From the NCBI GenBank assembly GCA_964613815.1, contig CAZTKG010000003.1:54903-118902 (forward strand): a DNA stretch of 64,000 nucleotides, read 5' to 3'. The notes under the pieces were generated by a model. It was not told the DNA's origin. It was given only the letters and a program-made list of their open reading frames with translations, and ran no database searches. How positions within the stretch are numbered: position 1 is the stretch's first letter; every line of letters begins with the position of its first letter. The stretch is from an uncultured Gammaproteobacteria bacterium. GTDB taxonomy: Bacteria > Patescibacteriota > Patescibacteriia > UBA9934. The position numbers were made by a program, and so were the translations under genes. This document shows, piece after piece, positions 36,864 through 47,229 of this stretch.

Positions 36864-37421
36864 TTATGTTCCGTCAATGATTTCTTGGATGCGCTTTCGG
36901 CCTTTTAGCCAGGGGATGATGGCCCAGGCTGATCTGATTGATCCGTCTTCGATGCCTTGATCGATCTCTTGTGCCGTCCACCATTCTAGCTCAAGACCCT
37001 CCTCTTCCTCTGTGGGAATGAATTCCTCTAATGTTAGTCCATGCGCAATGAACATCTCCATATAATCGTCGCTGAGTCCGGGTGTTGAGTTTGCGCGCCC
37101 GATGTATTCCCAGTGCTCGGCGGTCGCAGCAGCTTCTTCACGTAGCTCTTTTTCTGCCCCCTCCTGTGAAGTCTCCCCTTCTTCGATCCCGCCTGCCGGA
37201 ATTCCAATCTCTACCTTCTGCGTACTTGGGCGGAACTGCTTTACAACAGCCACCCTTCCATCTTCACGGATCGCTACCACCGTCGCTCCTGGAAATTTTG
37301 ATGTGTAGTGATACTCCTGAATCTGCCCGCTCGCACGCTTGTATGTATCCTTTTTGTACTCCCACCATGGATTTTTGATCACGACCTCTGATGAGAGCAG
37401 CTCCCAGTCTTTGTTTGTCAT
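36864..37421 (-). CDS. NUDIX hydrolase (ADP-ribose pyrophosphatase-like)
   Basis: Nudix box GGIEEGETSQEGAEKELREEAA. Confidence 0.7.
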   Translation of the reverse strand: MTNKDWELLSSEVVIKNPWWEYKKDTYKRASGQIQEYHYTSKFPGATVVAIREDGRVAVVKQFRPSTQKVEIGIPAGGIEEGETSQEGAEKELREEAAATAEHWEYIGRANSTPGLSDDYMEMFIAHGLTLEEFIPTEEEEGLELEWWTAQEIDQGIEDGSIRSAWAIIPWLKGRKRIQEIIDGT

Positions 37422-37822
37422 AGCGCGTTTTTGATGAGGTTTGCGGTTTTTGACAGCTCCTCTTGGGTTGGTTTTGATTTTTGGAACGTTCTTGGGATGC
37501 CCTCGTAGCGCGGAATGACGTGGAGGTGGGTGTGGAAGATTTCCTGGCCGGCGTCTTTTCCGTGGTTCATGCCGAGGTTGTAGGCTGATGCGCCCAGGGC
37601 GGACATCATCGCTGGTGCGATTTTATGTAACGTCTTGATGAGGGCCAGCGCGTCAGATTCTGCGGAGTCTGATAGATCTGTTGAATGTGTCTTTGGAATG
37701 ATCAGTGCGTGCCCCTTGGACATAGGGAAGATGTTGAGAAATGTCATTGTTTGACCGTCTTCGTGGACCTTGTGGGACGACGCTTCGCCGGAGATTATTT
37801 TGCAGAAGAGGCAGTTATTCAT
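37418..37822 (-). CDS. HIT-family (histidine triad) hydrolase
   Basis: HTHLHVIP (HxHxHxx). Confidence 0.8.
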   Translation of the reverse strand: MNNCLFCKIISGEASSHKVHEDGQTMTFLNIFPMSKGHALIIPKTHSTDLSDSAESDALALIKTLHKIAPAMMSALGASAYNLGMNHGKDAGQEIFHTHLHVIPRYEGIPRTFQKSKPTQEELSKTANLIKNAL

Positions 37823-38147
37823 AGGTTGTGATTAATCTTGAGAGAGTCCATGGAAGGAGGAGTGCGATGAGAGTGATGATGATTCGCATATCTGTGAGAG
37901 ACTCGCCGGTTTTCCAAATAATGATTGCGAGCGTGATACTTAGAAATGCGAGAATCGGATAGCGAATGAGGCCCACTTTCTGCTCATTGTCTGTCCTCGT
38001 CCAGGCGAAAGCTGCGATGATAACTACTAGAAGCAGCCAATGAGGAGAGAGTGTAGAGACGACGAAACCAGGGCGAATGAGTTCGGCCAGAAGGAGCGCT
38101 ACGTAGGTCACTGATCCTGTCAGGAATGCTGTTTTGTAGGGATTCAT
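37815..38147 (-). CDS. small hypothetical membrane protein
   Basis: 110 aa with 3 TMs. Translationally coupled within the operon. Confidence 0.4.
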   Translation of the reverse strand: MNPYKTAFLTGSVTYVALLLAELIRPGFVVSTLSPHWLLLVVIIAAFAWTRTDNEQKVGLIRYPILAFLSITLAIIIWKTGESLTDMRIIITLIALLLPWTLSRLITTYE

Positions 38148-39592
38148 AAGCCGAAGGGGATGCGGTTTCTCACCTCTTTCAGGAACTCTCCCGCTGATAA
38201 TTTTTGCTTTTCCAGCATCATTGAGATTGATTTGATTGCGACCTCTGCTTCTTGATCCTTGATGCCCGGGATCGAAAGAGCAAACTTGTATCCACCCTCT
38301 ACACGTGGGAGATCAGCAATTTGGAACGTTGCGGATGCCATTTGTAAGCCGTCTTCTTGTGATGGAGGCGTGTAGTCCGCGAGAATATAATTAATCCCCC
38401 TTGCCTCCAGATCTGTGTGTACGGAGAGCTTTGCTGGATCTGGGTCGAAGAATGCCGACTCTGTGAATGCGAACTTTCCATTCCCGGTTATTCGGATGTC
38501 ACTGAGAGGCGAGATTACCTGCACAACTCCCTGATCCTCTACCGTGTGTGATATTTTTTTATGCGTTTCTTCCAGCGCTACTGATGATGCACCTATCGTG
38601 ACTTCTTGTAGAGCATCGGCGTGCTGTGTTTCTAAGACGACATGCTTCGCGTTCGTCACAAGTGTTGTTTGCCTTGCATCCGGGAGGTATGCGACGTCGT
38701 CTCCGATGTAGACACCTCCGATAAATGTGACGAATTGCTGCGTCGTTGAAATCGTACGCCAGAAAATATCGCTCGTTCCTGACAGCTCTACGCGGTAGAC
38801 CCCTTCTGGAAGACCTGTCTCGTGAACTGATATCGTTTTCCTTGCCTCTATTTGATTACTTGTTTTATTATCGTCTACTTCCTCTCTTTGATGCACGATG
38901 AGCTCATCCTTACTGCTCCAGACCTTGATACTTATGTCGTCTTCTCCGACGGCGCGATTCATGTCCATGGCTAGAATTTCTAGATTCAGATCTTCGTCTT
39001 TCACGTATGTTATGAATTGATGATAACCGCGGAGAGAGACATCGATCTCTTGTACGGCTGATCGAGGCTGATAGCTTGCCATCAGGTATTCTGACTGGAG
39101 CTCTGTATGATATGTCGCTATCTGCTCTCGACTAACTCCGGCTTGTTGGAACTCTTCTATTGATGCAAACTCGCCCTCCCGATCGAATAAGGTTAATTTT
39201 CCGTCAGATACCGATGGCCAATCTAGCGATTCTAGCATGGTGTTTTGTAACGGCTTTAGGTCGAGCGCACCTGAGTAGATGTCTTTTACGGCACCAATTT
39301 CTATGATTTCTGCTCCGCTGTTTGCAAACTCCACTTCAAGCGTGATTGATTCATACGCTGTGTGCGGCGTATGAATGGATATATATACCGGCTCGTCGAC
39401 GATGGTCGTTTCTGTTTTTGAAACTTTTACCCGTTCACCTGGGAGGAACTCGTCTATGTATTGCGAAATCTGTTCTGGACCTTTTGACTCTTTGAGGACT
39501 CCTCCCGGATTGATATCTTTCCAGATCAATAGAAAGAATAACGCGAATGGCGCTGCGATGATGAAAATGGATATGCGGGTGCTATTTGTCAT
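38144..39592 (-). CDS. hypothetical membrane-anchored secreted protein
   Basis: 482 aa with an N-terminal TM. No recognised domain. Its start overlaps the GT-C stop. Confidence 0.5.
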   Translation of the reverse strand: MTNSTRISIFIIAAPFALFFLLIWKDINPGGVLKESKGPEQISQYIDEFLPGERVKVSKTETTIVDEPVYISIHTPHTAYESITLEVEFANSGAEIIEIGAVKDIYSGALDLKPLQNTMLESLDWPSVSDGKLTLFDREGEFASIEEFQQAGVSREQIATYHTELQSEYLMASYQPRSAVQEIDVSLRGYHQFITYVKDEDLNLEILAMDMNRAVGEDDISIKVWSSKDELIVHQREEVDDNKTSNQIEARKTISVHETGLPEGVYRVELSGTSDIFWRTISTTQQFVTFIGGVYIGDDVAYLPDARQTTLVTNAKHVVLETQHADALQEVTIGASSVALEETHKKISHTVEDQGVVQVISPLSDIRITGNGKFAFTESAFFDPDPAKLSVHTDLEARGINYILADYTPPSQEDGLQMASATFQIADLPRVEGGYKFALSIPGIKDQEAEVAIKSISMMLEKQKLSAGEFLKEVRNRIPFGL

Positions 39593-41219
39593 TGGCTACG
39601 ACTACTTCGATATGATATAGCGTTTCCTCTTGCATGACGAGGATAGGGTTCATGATAATGCCTCTTTTTTTCTTTAGGTGGTCTAGGTCCTTCTCTGGGA
39701 ACGTGATTCCGAAATAAAAAAGCGTTTGCGACTCTGCAAGATCGGCAATGAGCATGTAGGTTGACTCATCTCGCAATGGAACGACGACATTTCGATGCGG
39801 CCACAGATACTTATCTGCCGTATCTGTGATGATAATGGCGTCCACTGGGACTTCTTTTAAGACCTGCTCCTGTTTTTCGTGGAATGTAAACAGGTTATTT
39901 CTTGTTGAGATGAGCCCATCTTCTCCAGCAAATACCGTCAGTGCCGAGGTCCCCATGAGACATCCTGCCATGATATATGTGATTGCGGCACCTCTCTTCC
40001 CGCTGATCGCGCTAGCGATAGCCTCTGACATTTGCTTTATCGCGAGTGCAGTGAATACTGACGCGAGTGCGAATAACGGAAGCCAGTAACGTGCGTATGA
40101 GTTTGCAATCGTAATTGATGATGGGTCAGGATTGTCATTGAAGACCCAACTTCCGTAAACAATGGCCAACCATGCTGCGAGCGCCAATGTCATGATGATT
40201 ACATCCTTCCAAGGTCTTTGGTTCCACCTGGTCTTGATGGCAATCATGACTCCTATTAGCGCTAGACCGCTTGTGAACGGGTAAATCCAAAATCCGTAGT
40301 TCCAGACATTCTTAATAATAGCGCGTTCATGGATTCCGAATGGGAATAATATATCTAGCGCAACACTTGATTCTTGTGCACTTTCGATATTCACTACGAT
40401 CTCCTGTTCTATCTCTTGTTCTGCGGTGTATCCGGTCGCGTGCCATGATCCATATAGACCGCTGTTTAATTGCAGCACAGGAAGATACGTGATCACCAAA
40501 GACAAGATAAGGATGATGATCTGTTTTTTTTGGATTGTTTTTTGGGCGTATCTGATAGCGATATACCCCGCAAGGACAGCCATGATCCAGAGCACCTCAC
40601 TTGTTCGAAACGCGATCGCTGATCCGAATGCCACCCCTGCCAAGATCATGTCTAGCGTGCTCCAGTCCTCTCCTTTTGACCTGTGTCTGAGTTCGAATGG
40701 CCTTGATGTGAGCACGTATACCCCCACAATGAGCAGCACCGTGAATGGAACATTGTGCATCATACTTCTCGCTGAATAGAACCAGTATGCAGGATGGAAG
40801 AGGAGTGCGATTGCCGCCAAATCTGCCAATGTGTCACTTGTGAACGTGTCCTTGATAATGCGTCGCCACATGTATGCGCCTGCAAGTGCGACTATGGGCG
40901 TTATGACTCTGACTAAATGACCAACATTCAATGCGGTAAGTATTTTTGTCGGGAATGCGTAGAACATTGGGAGGCCCAGGAAGCTGCCAGGCACAACCTT
41001 CCCTGCGATTGAGATCGCACTCCTTGGGTGCACCCTGTTTTGATGCGCGATGTCTTGTGGCGCATCTGGAATTGACTGTGTACTAAAAAATTGCGTGAAC
41101 CAATAGTTCGCGCTCTCATCTGGTGAATTGAAGATCTCTGGCACCCCAAACCACAGCCAAGCTGTGGTAACGAGGAATACGGCCGCAATGATGATTGTGG
41201 CCGTTTTTCGCGTACACAT
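39582..41219 (-). CDS. GT-C fold glycosyltransferase (ArnT/PMT-like, polyprenol-phosphate-sugar dependent)
   Basis: 545 aa, polytopic. The first extracytoplasmic loop carries NSPDESANYW (the DE motif of ArnT/PMT GT-C enzymes). Confidence 0.6.
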   Translation of the reverse strand: MCTRKTATIIIAAVFLVTTAWLWFGVPEIFNSPDESANYWFTQFFSTQSIPDAPQDIAHQNRVHPRSAISIAGKVVPGSFLGLPMFYAFPTKILTALNVGHLVRVITPIVALAGAYMWRRIIKDTFTSDTLADLAAIALLFHPAYWFYSARSMMHNVPFTVLLIVGVYVLTSRPFELRHRSKGEDWSTLDMILAGVAFGSAIAFRTSEVLWIMAVLAGYIAIRYAQKTIQKKQIIILILSLVITYLPVLQLNSGLYGSWHATGYTAEQEIEQEIVVNIESAQESSVALDILFPFGIHERAIIKNVWNYGFWIYPFTSGLALIGVMIAIKTRWNQRPWKDVIIMTLALAAWLAIVYGSWVFNDNPDPSSITIANSYARYWLPLFALASVFTALAIKQMSEAIASAISGKRGAAITYIMAGCLMGTSALTVFAGEDGLISTRNNLFTFHEKQEQVLKEVPVDAIIITDTADKYLWPHRNVVVPLRDESTYMLIADLAESQTLFYFGITFPEKDLDHLKKKRGIIMNPILVMQEETLYHIEVVVANDK

Positions 41220-41236
41220 GTCTATGGTTTAAGCCA

Positions 41237-41809
41237 TTACAGGGAGTACGTCAATAAGGAAACTATCGCGAAAATTACAGAAAGGATGAGGGTTCCGTTT
41301 GAAATATCGATGAATAAGTCCGCGCCGGACCAAAGCGCGATGAGAAGCGACGTCACCCCGATGACCTGAAGTATCATCTTTATCTTGCCCCAAATATTTG
41401 CGGAGAGAATTTTTCCGTGCTGACGCTCGTACCAGCCCCCGGCGATGAGCATGATTTCTAACGAGATGATAGCGATTGCGAGAATTGGATTTACATGCTT
41501 GACTACGATGAGAAGAATGACGGACCCGATCAATGCCTTGTCTGCGATCGGATCGTAGAATGTCCCCCATTTTGTGATCTGTTTTCTGATTCTTGCCACT
41601 GACCCGTCTATCGCATCCGTAAACGCCGTGAATAAAAAAAGTGGTACGCCAATTGCATAATTCTCATAGAATAGGAATGCGAGTACAATTGGAATGAGGC
41701 ACATCCGTAAAATCGTGATGTGATTTGGTGTCACAAACTTTGGGACCAACCAGACAAATGGACGCATCAATGCGTCGTGTGGGAACAGCTTATGCGGATC
41801 TCTAGACAT
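41237..41809 (-). CDS. CDP-alcohol phosphatidyltransferase family protein
   Basis: DAIDGSVARIRKQITKWGTFYDPIADK, which is the D-G-x2-A-R-x8-G-x3-D-x3-D motif. 5-6 TMs. Confidence 0.75.
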   Translation of the reverse strand: MSRDPHKLFPHDALMRPFVWLVPKFVTPNHITILRMCLIPIVLAFLFYENYAIGVPLFLFTAFTDAIDGSVARIRKQITKWGTFYDPIADKALIGSVILLIVVKHVNPILAIAIISLEIMLIAGGWYERQHGKILSANIWGKIKMILQVIGVTSLLIALWSGADLFIDISNGTLILSVIFAIVSLLTYSL

Positions 41810-41828
41810 ATAATGACCCTATCTTACC

Positions 41829-43892
41829 ATGCTATCTATCGCTAACCCAAGCCACTCCTTCCCCACCGCTCTTCTTCTTTTTGGAGCGGCAATTTTGAAT
41901 GCGCTGACAATTGGAAGCGCTGTTATTGGCGGACTTTGCCTTTTTGCACTTTTGTTTGTTTGCGGCACCTCGCTTGGGCCGTATGTTTATCGCGGAGACC
42001 GGATCGCCCTTCAGGTTGTCCTCGGTGCGCTTGGCACGATTTGCGCCTTACTGATTGCGCTCACCGCCGTCTTCTATCTCTCTCCTGGAATTCCGTTCTT
42101 TGCCCTCTCTTTTGGAACACTGATTGTTCTTAGCGTCATCGCACTTCTTCCAAGTCGTGGGGTAGAGCCGGCGCTTCTCGTAGATGCCTTGCAATGGCTC
42201 AGGAGCAGCTCCTATGCTTTCGTTGCTCTATGTCTTGTCACCTGGTGGCTTCGCGTGTCCTCTGTAGATATCACTGCCGGCGTTCGAAGTCTCTGGACCG
42301 TCATTGACCCCTCGCTCATTACCGCGCTCGGACTTGGTGCTGTCATTGTTTTTGGACTACTTTCTCGCAAATTCTCCGTTGGTAGTGCTAGCCTTCTGGC
42401 CCTAACGCTCTTCTCGGCGCTTTCGCTTGCAGCGAGCGCCTATCCGCTTGGATACGGATTTGACCCTTTTATTCATCGTGCAACCGTTGAGCATATCGCG
42501 GCGTTTGGATCTATTTCTCCAAAGCCACTTTATTATATTGGCCAATATGTTCTTGAACTCGTTGGCACAAGTGTCTTTTCTTTACCAACGCTTTTTTTTG
42601 ATTCTTTGCTCGTCCCAACGATGGCATCGATCATGATCGTCGCTTGCGCCTCCTTGATGCGCGATAAGGGCTCCAGACTGGATCTTTGTGCACTTGCCCT
42701 CCTCCCGCTTGGTGCATTTATCTCTACAACGCCGCAATCACTTGCCTACACCTTTAGTGCGTGTGTGATTTTTTTATCTATCCGCATGTTCCGGTCTGGG
42801 GACATCCCACTTTGGTTCTTATGGGCCCTTGGCATTACTGCCGTTGCTACACATCCAATTGCAGGGATCTTAACCATCGTATATCTCGCTATCTTGACGG
42901 CATATCTAGCTCTTGATGGGAGGCGCCGCCAACAGAGCATTGCCGCCCTTGCGGCCCTTGGATGCCTCAGTCTCCCTGCCGCGTTCTTGATTCACTCTGC
43001 GCTTTCTGGGCTCTCATCTAGATTCTCTCTTCTAAACCTCCTCCATCTGTCTGACCTGCACCTTGTTGGATTTTTGGCTAACCGGTTCAATAGCTGGTTA
43101 GATTTTATCTATCTATTTTTGGATAACTATCTTTTGATTTTGGTTATTCTTGCCATTGTTGGACTCTTTCTGTCTTTCCGTCATGAAGCATGGCAGGCAC
43201 TCCCCCTTGTCATGGCCGGTATTTGCTTGATTAATTATTGGATCCTCTCTCAAGGCTTTGCTTTTGATTATTTGATTGACTACGAACGTTACGACTTTGC
43301 CCGTCGTACACTCACGCTTGCGGCGCTCTTCCTCCTCCCTCTTTGCGCGGAAGCATTTTCTCGCCTCCGTGACCGTCTTCGTGGATCAAGTATCGTTGCC
43401 GCCTTCGTTGTCCTGTCCTCCCTGGTCTTTTGCGCAAATGTATATGGAGCATATCCTCGTCATGATGGATATGCTCGATCAAGCGGCTTTAATGTTTCCC
43501 AGCTAGACTTTGATGCTGTGAACCTTATCGAGGATCTCTCCGGCGGAGAAGACTACATCGTCCTTGCAAATCAAACAGTTTCATCTGCGGCGCTCGCGTC
43601 CTTTGGCTTTGGTCGATACTACGCCAATGATGTGTATTTTTACCCTATCCCAACCAGCGGACCTTTATACATGCACTACCTGGGCATGGTCGAAGGCCGG
43701 GCTGATGAACGGTTCATGCAGGCCGCTACAGACCTCGCCGATGTTCAACTTGGGTACCTTGTTGTGAACGATTACTGGTGGCGATCTGATGAGCTTCGTG
43801 AATACGCAAAGCAGGATGCTTTTGCCTGGTATAGCGTAGGTGAAGACGAGGAGATCATGATTTTTGAGTATCGTTTTTCTGGCGAATTTTAG
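41829..43892 (+). CDS. large polytopic membrane protein with C-terminal soluble domain (possible GT-C/YfhO-like)
   Basis: 687 aa with about 14 TMs, then a roughly 200-aa C-terminal domain. Only the architecture supports the call. Confidence 0.45.
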   Translation: MLSIANPSHSFPTALLLFGAAILNALTIGSAVIGGLCLFALLFVCGTSLGPYVYRGDRIALQVVLGALGTICALLIALTAVFYLSPGIPFFALSFGTLIVLSVIALLPSRGVEPALLVDALQWLRSSSYAFVALCLVTWWLRVSSVDITAGVRSLWTVIDPSLITALGLGAVIVFGLLSRKFSVGSASLLALTLFSALSLAASAYPLGYGFDPFIHRATVEHIAAFGSISPKPLYYIGQYVLELVGTSVFSLPTLFFDSLLVPTMASIMIVACASLMRDKGSRLDLCALALLPLGAFISTTPQSLAYTFSACVIFLSIRMFRSGDIPLWFLWALGITAVATHPIAGILTIVYLAILTAYLALDGRRRQQSIAALAALGCLSLPAAFLIHSALSGLSSRFSLLNLLHLSDLHLVGFLANRFNSWLDFIYLFLDNYLLILVILAIVGLFLSFRHEAWQALPLVMAGICLINYWILSQGFAFDYLIDYERYDFARRTLTLAALFLLPLCAEAFSRLRDRLRGSSIVAAFVVLSSLVFCANVYGAYPRHDGYARSSGFNVSQLDFDAVNLIEDLSGGEDYIVLANQTVSSAALASFGFGRYYANDVYFYPIPTSGPLYMHYLGMVEGRADERFMQAATDLADVQLGYLVVNDYWWRSDELREYAKQDAFAWYSVGEDEEIMIFEYRFSGEF

Positions 43893-45072
43893 ATAACTTT
43901 TCTATTAGCTTTTGCGTATAAATCGCGAGAGAGTAGCTCGATACTGACCTTCGAATCTCTGCCTCGTCAAATCCCCCTTCTTTGATTCTTGTTTCTAATT
44001 TCTGAATTGATTCTGCGAAATCCTCCTTTGACCCAGGCTTAAACAAAAACCCGTTTTTTCCGTCTGATACGAGCTCGCCTACCCCGCCAATGTTTGACGC
44101 CAACACGGGGACTCCCGCCGAAAGTGCCTCGTAGATCACCGTTGGTGAATTTTCGTAGCAAAGTGACGGCACAATGAGTGCATCTGCCATTGCCAAGCAC
44201 TTTAATAGCTGATCGATAGAGATGAATCCTAAATAGATGATCCTTTTATCCCGCTTTGCTGCGCGCTTTACATCTTCCGACATCCGCCCCTCTCCAGCAA
44301 TGATGAGCTTATAGTTGTTTGGGAGTTTTTTTATCGCATCCAAGAGAAACCCTACGCCCTTATGTTTCTCTACTTGCCCGACAAAAAGGAGCGTCGTTCG
44401 ACCGTCTGCTGGACTTGATCTATTCACCCTTGGGAATACCGGAGCTGGGTTTGCTAGCGTTTGCGCATCAGAGTCCTTAAAAAAATCGTGTTCTGCGTAT
44501 GTCTTTTGTAAGTATGTTGAGGGGAAGATCACGAGATCTGGCGTACCGAACTGACGCTTACATATTGCTCTATATGCTCCGTATGGTGGCGCACAATACC
44601 ATTTTTTTGGGTTTGATCCTGCGAATAACAGCCCTGACGGGTAGATCAATTGAAGATCATGTACGATATGCGCATGTGGGTACCCCTCCTTCTGCACCGC
44701 CCTTGCAATACTTAGACCAATTCCCTTTAAGTTGTGCGTGATGACGACATCTGGCTTCTCGGCCTTTAGAATCTTTTTGATTTTATTTGCACTCAATGGA
44801 GATAGCGCGTCTATAACATGCCACGGGATACGCATGAGCCACGGAAATTTATGTGCACTGAGCGTGAAATAGATGTTTTTTGGATAGAACCTGTATACCG
44901 ATTCTGTACTAACACGTTCTCGCATCTGCGATCTTGATCCTGGCGGCCTTCCGGTGATGACAGCAACTTGATGCCCTAAGCCTGTGAGAGACTCTACGGT
45001 CCTCACAACAACCTGCTCTGCTCCTCCTCGCACATATGGCGGATAGAGGTTTGTAATTATCGCGATCTTCAT
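43855..45072 (-). CDS. GT4 glycosyltransferase
   Basis: MKIAIITNLYPPYVRGGAEQ plus a C-terminal GT-B E-x7-E region (ENSPTVIYEALSAGVPV). Confidence 0.8.
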   Translation of the reverse strand: MKIAIITNLYPPYVRGGAEQVVVRTVESLTGLGHQVAVITGRPPGSRSQMRERVSTESVYRFYPKNIYFTLSAHKFPWLMRIPWHVIDALSPLSANKIKKILKAEKPDVVITHNLKGIGLSIARAVQKEGYPHAHIVHDLQLIYPSGLLFAGSNPKKWYCAPPYGAYRAICKRQFGTPDLVIFPSTYLQKTYAEHDFFKDSDAQTLANPAPVFPRVNRSSPADGRTTLLFVGQVEKHKGVGFLLDAIKKLPNNYKLIIAGEGRMSEDVKRAAKRDKRIIYLGFISIDQLLKCLAMADALIVPSLCYENSPTVIYEALSAGVPVLASNIGGVGELVSDGKNGFLFKPGSKEDFAESIQKLETRIKEGGFDEAEIRRSVSSYSLAIYTQKLIEKLSKIRQKNDTQKS

Positions 45073-46145
45073 TTTACTGCCTTGTAGATAAGCGTGAGGC
45101 GATCTATGACTCTTTGTTCGTCATATGTTTTCTCAACCTTCTTTTGTGCATTTACCCCGAACTCTTTTCGCTTCTTTGGATGATCTATTATCCATCTTAG
45201 AGCATTTGTGAGACTTTCGATACTGCCTGGCTCGATAATCATCCCTGTGCGGCCGTGGTCCACGAGCGTTCTGACGCCGGGGAGATTTGAGACAATCGAT
45301 GCTGTACTGGCCGCCATTGCCTCCAAGGTGACGATCCCGAATGCCTCTGACCGATCAATGGATGGGAGCACATGAACGTTCGCATTTTGGTACGCCCGGT
45401 CTAACTCCTCTTGATCTAGCCTCCCTGTAAATATGATCCGATCCTCGAGATCCAGGCCTTTTACCAGGTCCTGATACACCTGCCTTCTATTCCCTTCTCC
45501 TACGATTTTTGTCCGCCAATTCTTGTTTTCTATCTTTTTTAGGGCTCTTATGAGCTTGTCGACGCCCTTGAAGTAATGCGCGTCGTCTAGACCGCCGACG
45601 AAGATGATTTCTGAGGCCTTTGCCTTCCTCCCTGTTGCATCCCGTCTTTTTGGAGCGATAAAGGGGAGCTCTGTGAGGTTTTTGTGTGACAACCCTATTG
45701 ATGAAGCGTAATCTCTTGAGCTCACCAAAACGACATCTGCACCCGAAAGCAGCCTCTCTTCTACACATCGCCTATAGATTGCAAAGATTAGGCCGAGCCA
45801 TCCCGCTGCTTTTGTTTTCATGTGGTAGGTGATGATAAGCGGCGTTTTGTGGAGCCTTGATGCGATAACTGCCGGGATTACTGCTCCGTAAGATGGATAA
45901 TGAACGTGTATTACGTCGAATCCTTTTAGCCTCCACATGAGCTGCGGCATAAGCGCCGCGTGACCCCATTTTAACCACGGCCGTAGGAAATTCTGCCTCA
46001 CCCCCTTGCCTGCCCTTTTCTGCAGAGGGCAAAATACTTCAACATCTAGACCTTTTTTGGATAACCCATTTGCGTATTGAAACGCCGCTGTCCCTATGCC
46101 TCCAATGGCTGGTGGGAATACTGTTGTTATGTGAGCTACGCGCAT
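45069..46145 (-). CDS. GT4 glycosyltransferase
   Basis: MRVAHITTVFPPAIGGIGT; C-terminal EAFGIVTLEAMAAS. Confidence 0.8.
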   Translation of the reverse strand: MRVAHITTVFPPAIGGIGTAAFQYANGLSKKGLDVEVFCPLQKRAGKGVRQNFLRPWLKWGHAALMPQLMWRLKGFDVIHVHYPSYGAVIPAVIASRLHKTPLIITYHMKTKAAGWLGLIFAIYRRCVEERLLSGADVVLVSSRDYASSIGLSHKNLTELPFIAPKRRDATGRKAKASEIIFVGGLDDAHYFKGVDKLIRALKKIENKNWRTKIVGEGNRRQVYQDLVKGLDLEDRIIFTGRLDQEELDRAYQNANVHVLPSIDRSEAFGIVTLEAMAASTASIVSNLPGVRTLVDHGRTGMIIEPGSIESLTNALRWIIDHPKKRKEFGVNAQKKVEKTYDEQRVIDRLTLIYKAVK

Positions 46146-46146
46146 A

Positions 46147-47229
46147 CTACCAAATGATGAGGGTTCTTAGAGCCCTCCAGATGGTATCTACAATGATATT
46201 TGACGCCCTGATGAAGATTGATAATGACTCCTGACCATCAATTCTTCCTGAAACAAGCCACAGCCACTCTTTGTCCTTGATCTTTCTTATTGACTGCGCT
46301 CTTTTTCGCATTCTCCATGTTATGGCGAGGTTTTTTGCTTTTAGTCTTGATGTCGTGCCACGCCATTTTGCCGGAAGCCAACCTCCTGATAGCGCTGCGA
46401 TGAATCCGAAGCTGTCGATCGCGATCCAAATCGGCGCCAGGAGGATGATTGTTGGCCACTTTGCATATGCCATCATGACCATCCAGCGGTAGAGCTCCAT
46501 CCATTCGAACATTGTCTTGTTTCTGCCAAATTCGTAGTCATGATAGACGATAGACTCTGTCGCTAAGACGTTTTTGAAGCCAACAAATTTGATCCTGAGG
46601 CCGAGCTCTAGATCTTCGTGATACATGAAGAACCCTTCGTCTAGGAGACCGATGTCCTTTAGGATACTTACTTTATAAAGAGCTGCGGCTCCGGATGCGT
46701 AGGAAATTTCTTCCCCGTTTTCAATCGTCGCCTCATCTAGCCCCACTCCATTGTGACGTGCGTAACCGTAACCCGCCATGTGAACAACGCCTCCTGTCGT
46801 GTTTAGCGTTTCGTGATCGCCCCAGAGCACCACTTTTGACTGGACAGAGCCGATTTCTTTTGAAGACTCTGCCAGCTCTATTGCTTCTTTGATAGCGTCT
46901 TTATGAAGCTTTGCATCACCATTTAATAAAAAAACATAATCAAACCCCTTTTGTATCGCCCAGAGCATTCCGACATTGTTTCCACCTGTGAACCCGCGAT
47001 TCTTTCTGTCATTTAGGCTAATGACCCTTGGAAGGTCGACTCCGGCTCGTGGCATCACCTTTGTCCTGATGTACTCATCAATGCCATCTGGAGATCCATT
47101 TGGGATGAACACTAGTTGCGTCCTGTCCTTTGGGTAGGACTGCATCGCAACCGAAGACACGGCCTCTGGTGCGTACTTGAGGACGTTGTAGCAGATGTAA
47201 ATAATGGCTACACTAGGCGTCTTTTCCAT
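46147..47229 (-). CDS. GT2 glycosyltransferase
   Basis: VAIIYICYN, FIPNGSPDG, LLNGDA. GT-A fold. Confidence 0.75.
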   Translation of the reverse strand: MEKTPSVAIIYICYNVLKYAPEAVSSVAMQSYPKDRTQLVFIPNGSPDGIDEYIRTKVMPRAGVDLPRVISLNDRKNRGFTGGNNVGMLWAIQKGFDYVFLLNGDAKLHKDAIKEAIELAESSKEIGSVQSKVVLWGDHETLNTTGGVVHMAGYGYARHNGVGLDEATIENGEEISYASGAAALYKVSILKDIGLLDEGFFMYHEDLELGLRIKFVGFKNVLATESIVYHDYEFGRNKTMFEWMELYRWMVMMAYAKWPTIILLAPIWIAIDSFGFIAALSGGWLPAKWRGTTSRLKAKNLAITWRMRKRAQSIRKIKDKEWLWLVSGRIDGQESLSIFIRASNIIVDTIWRALRTLIIW

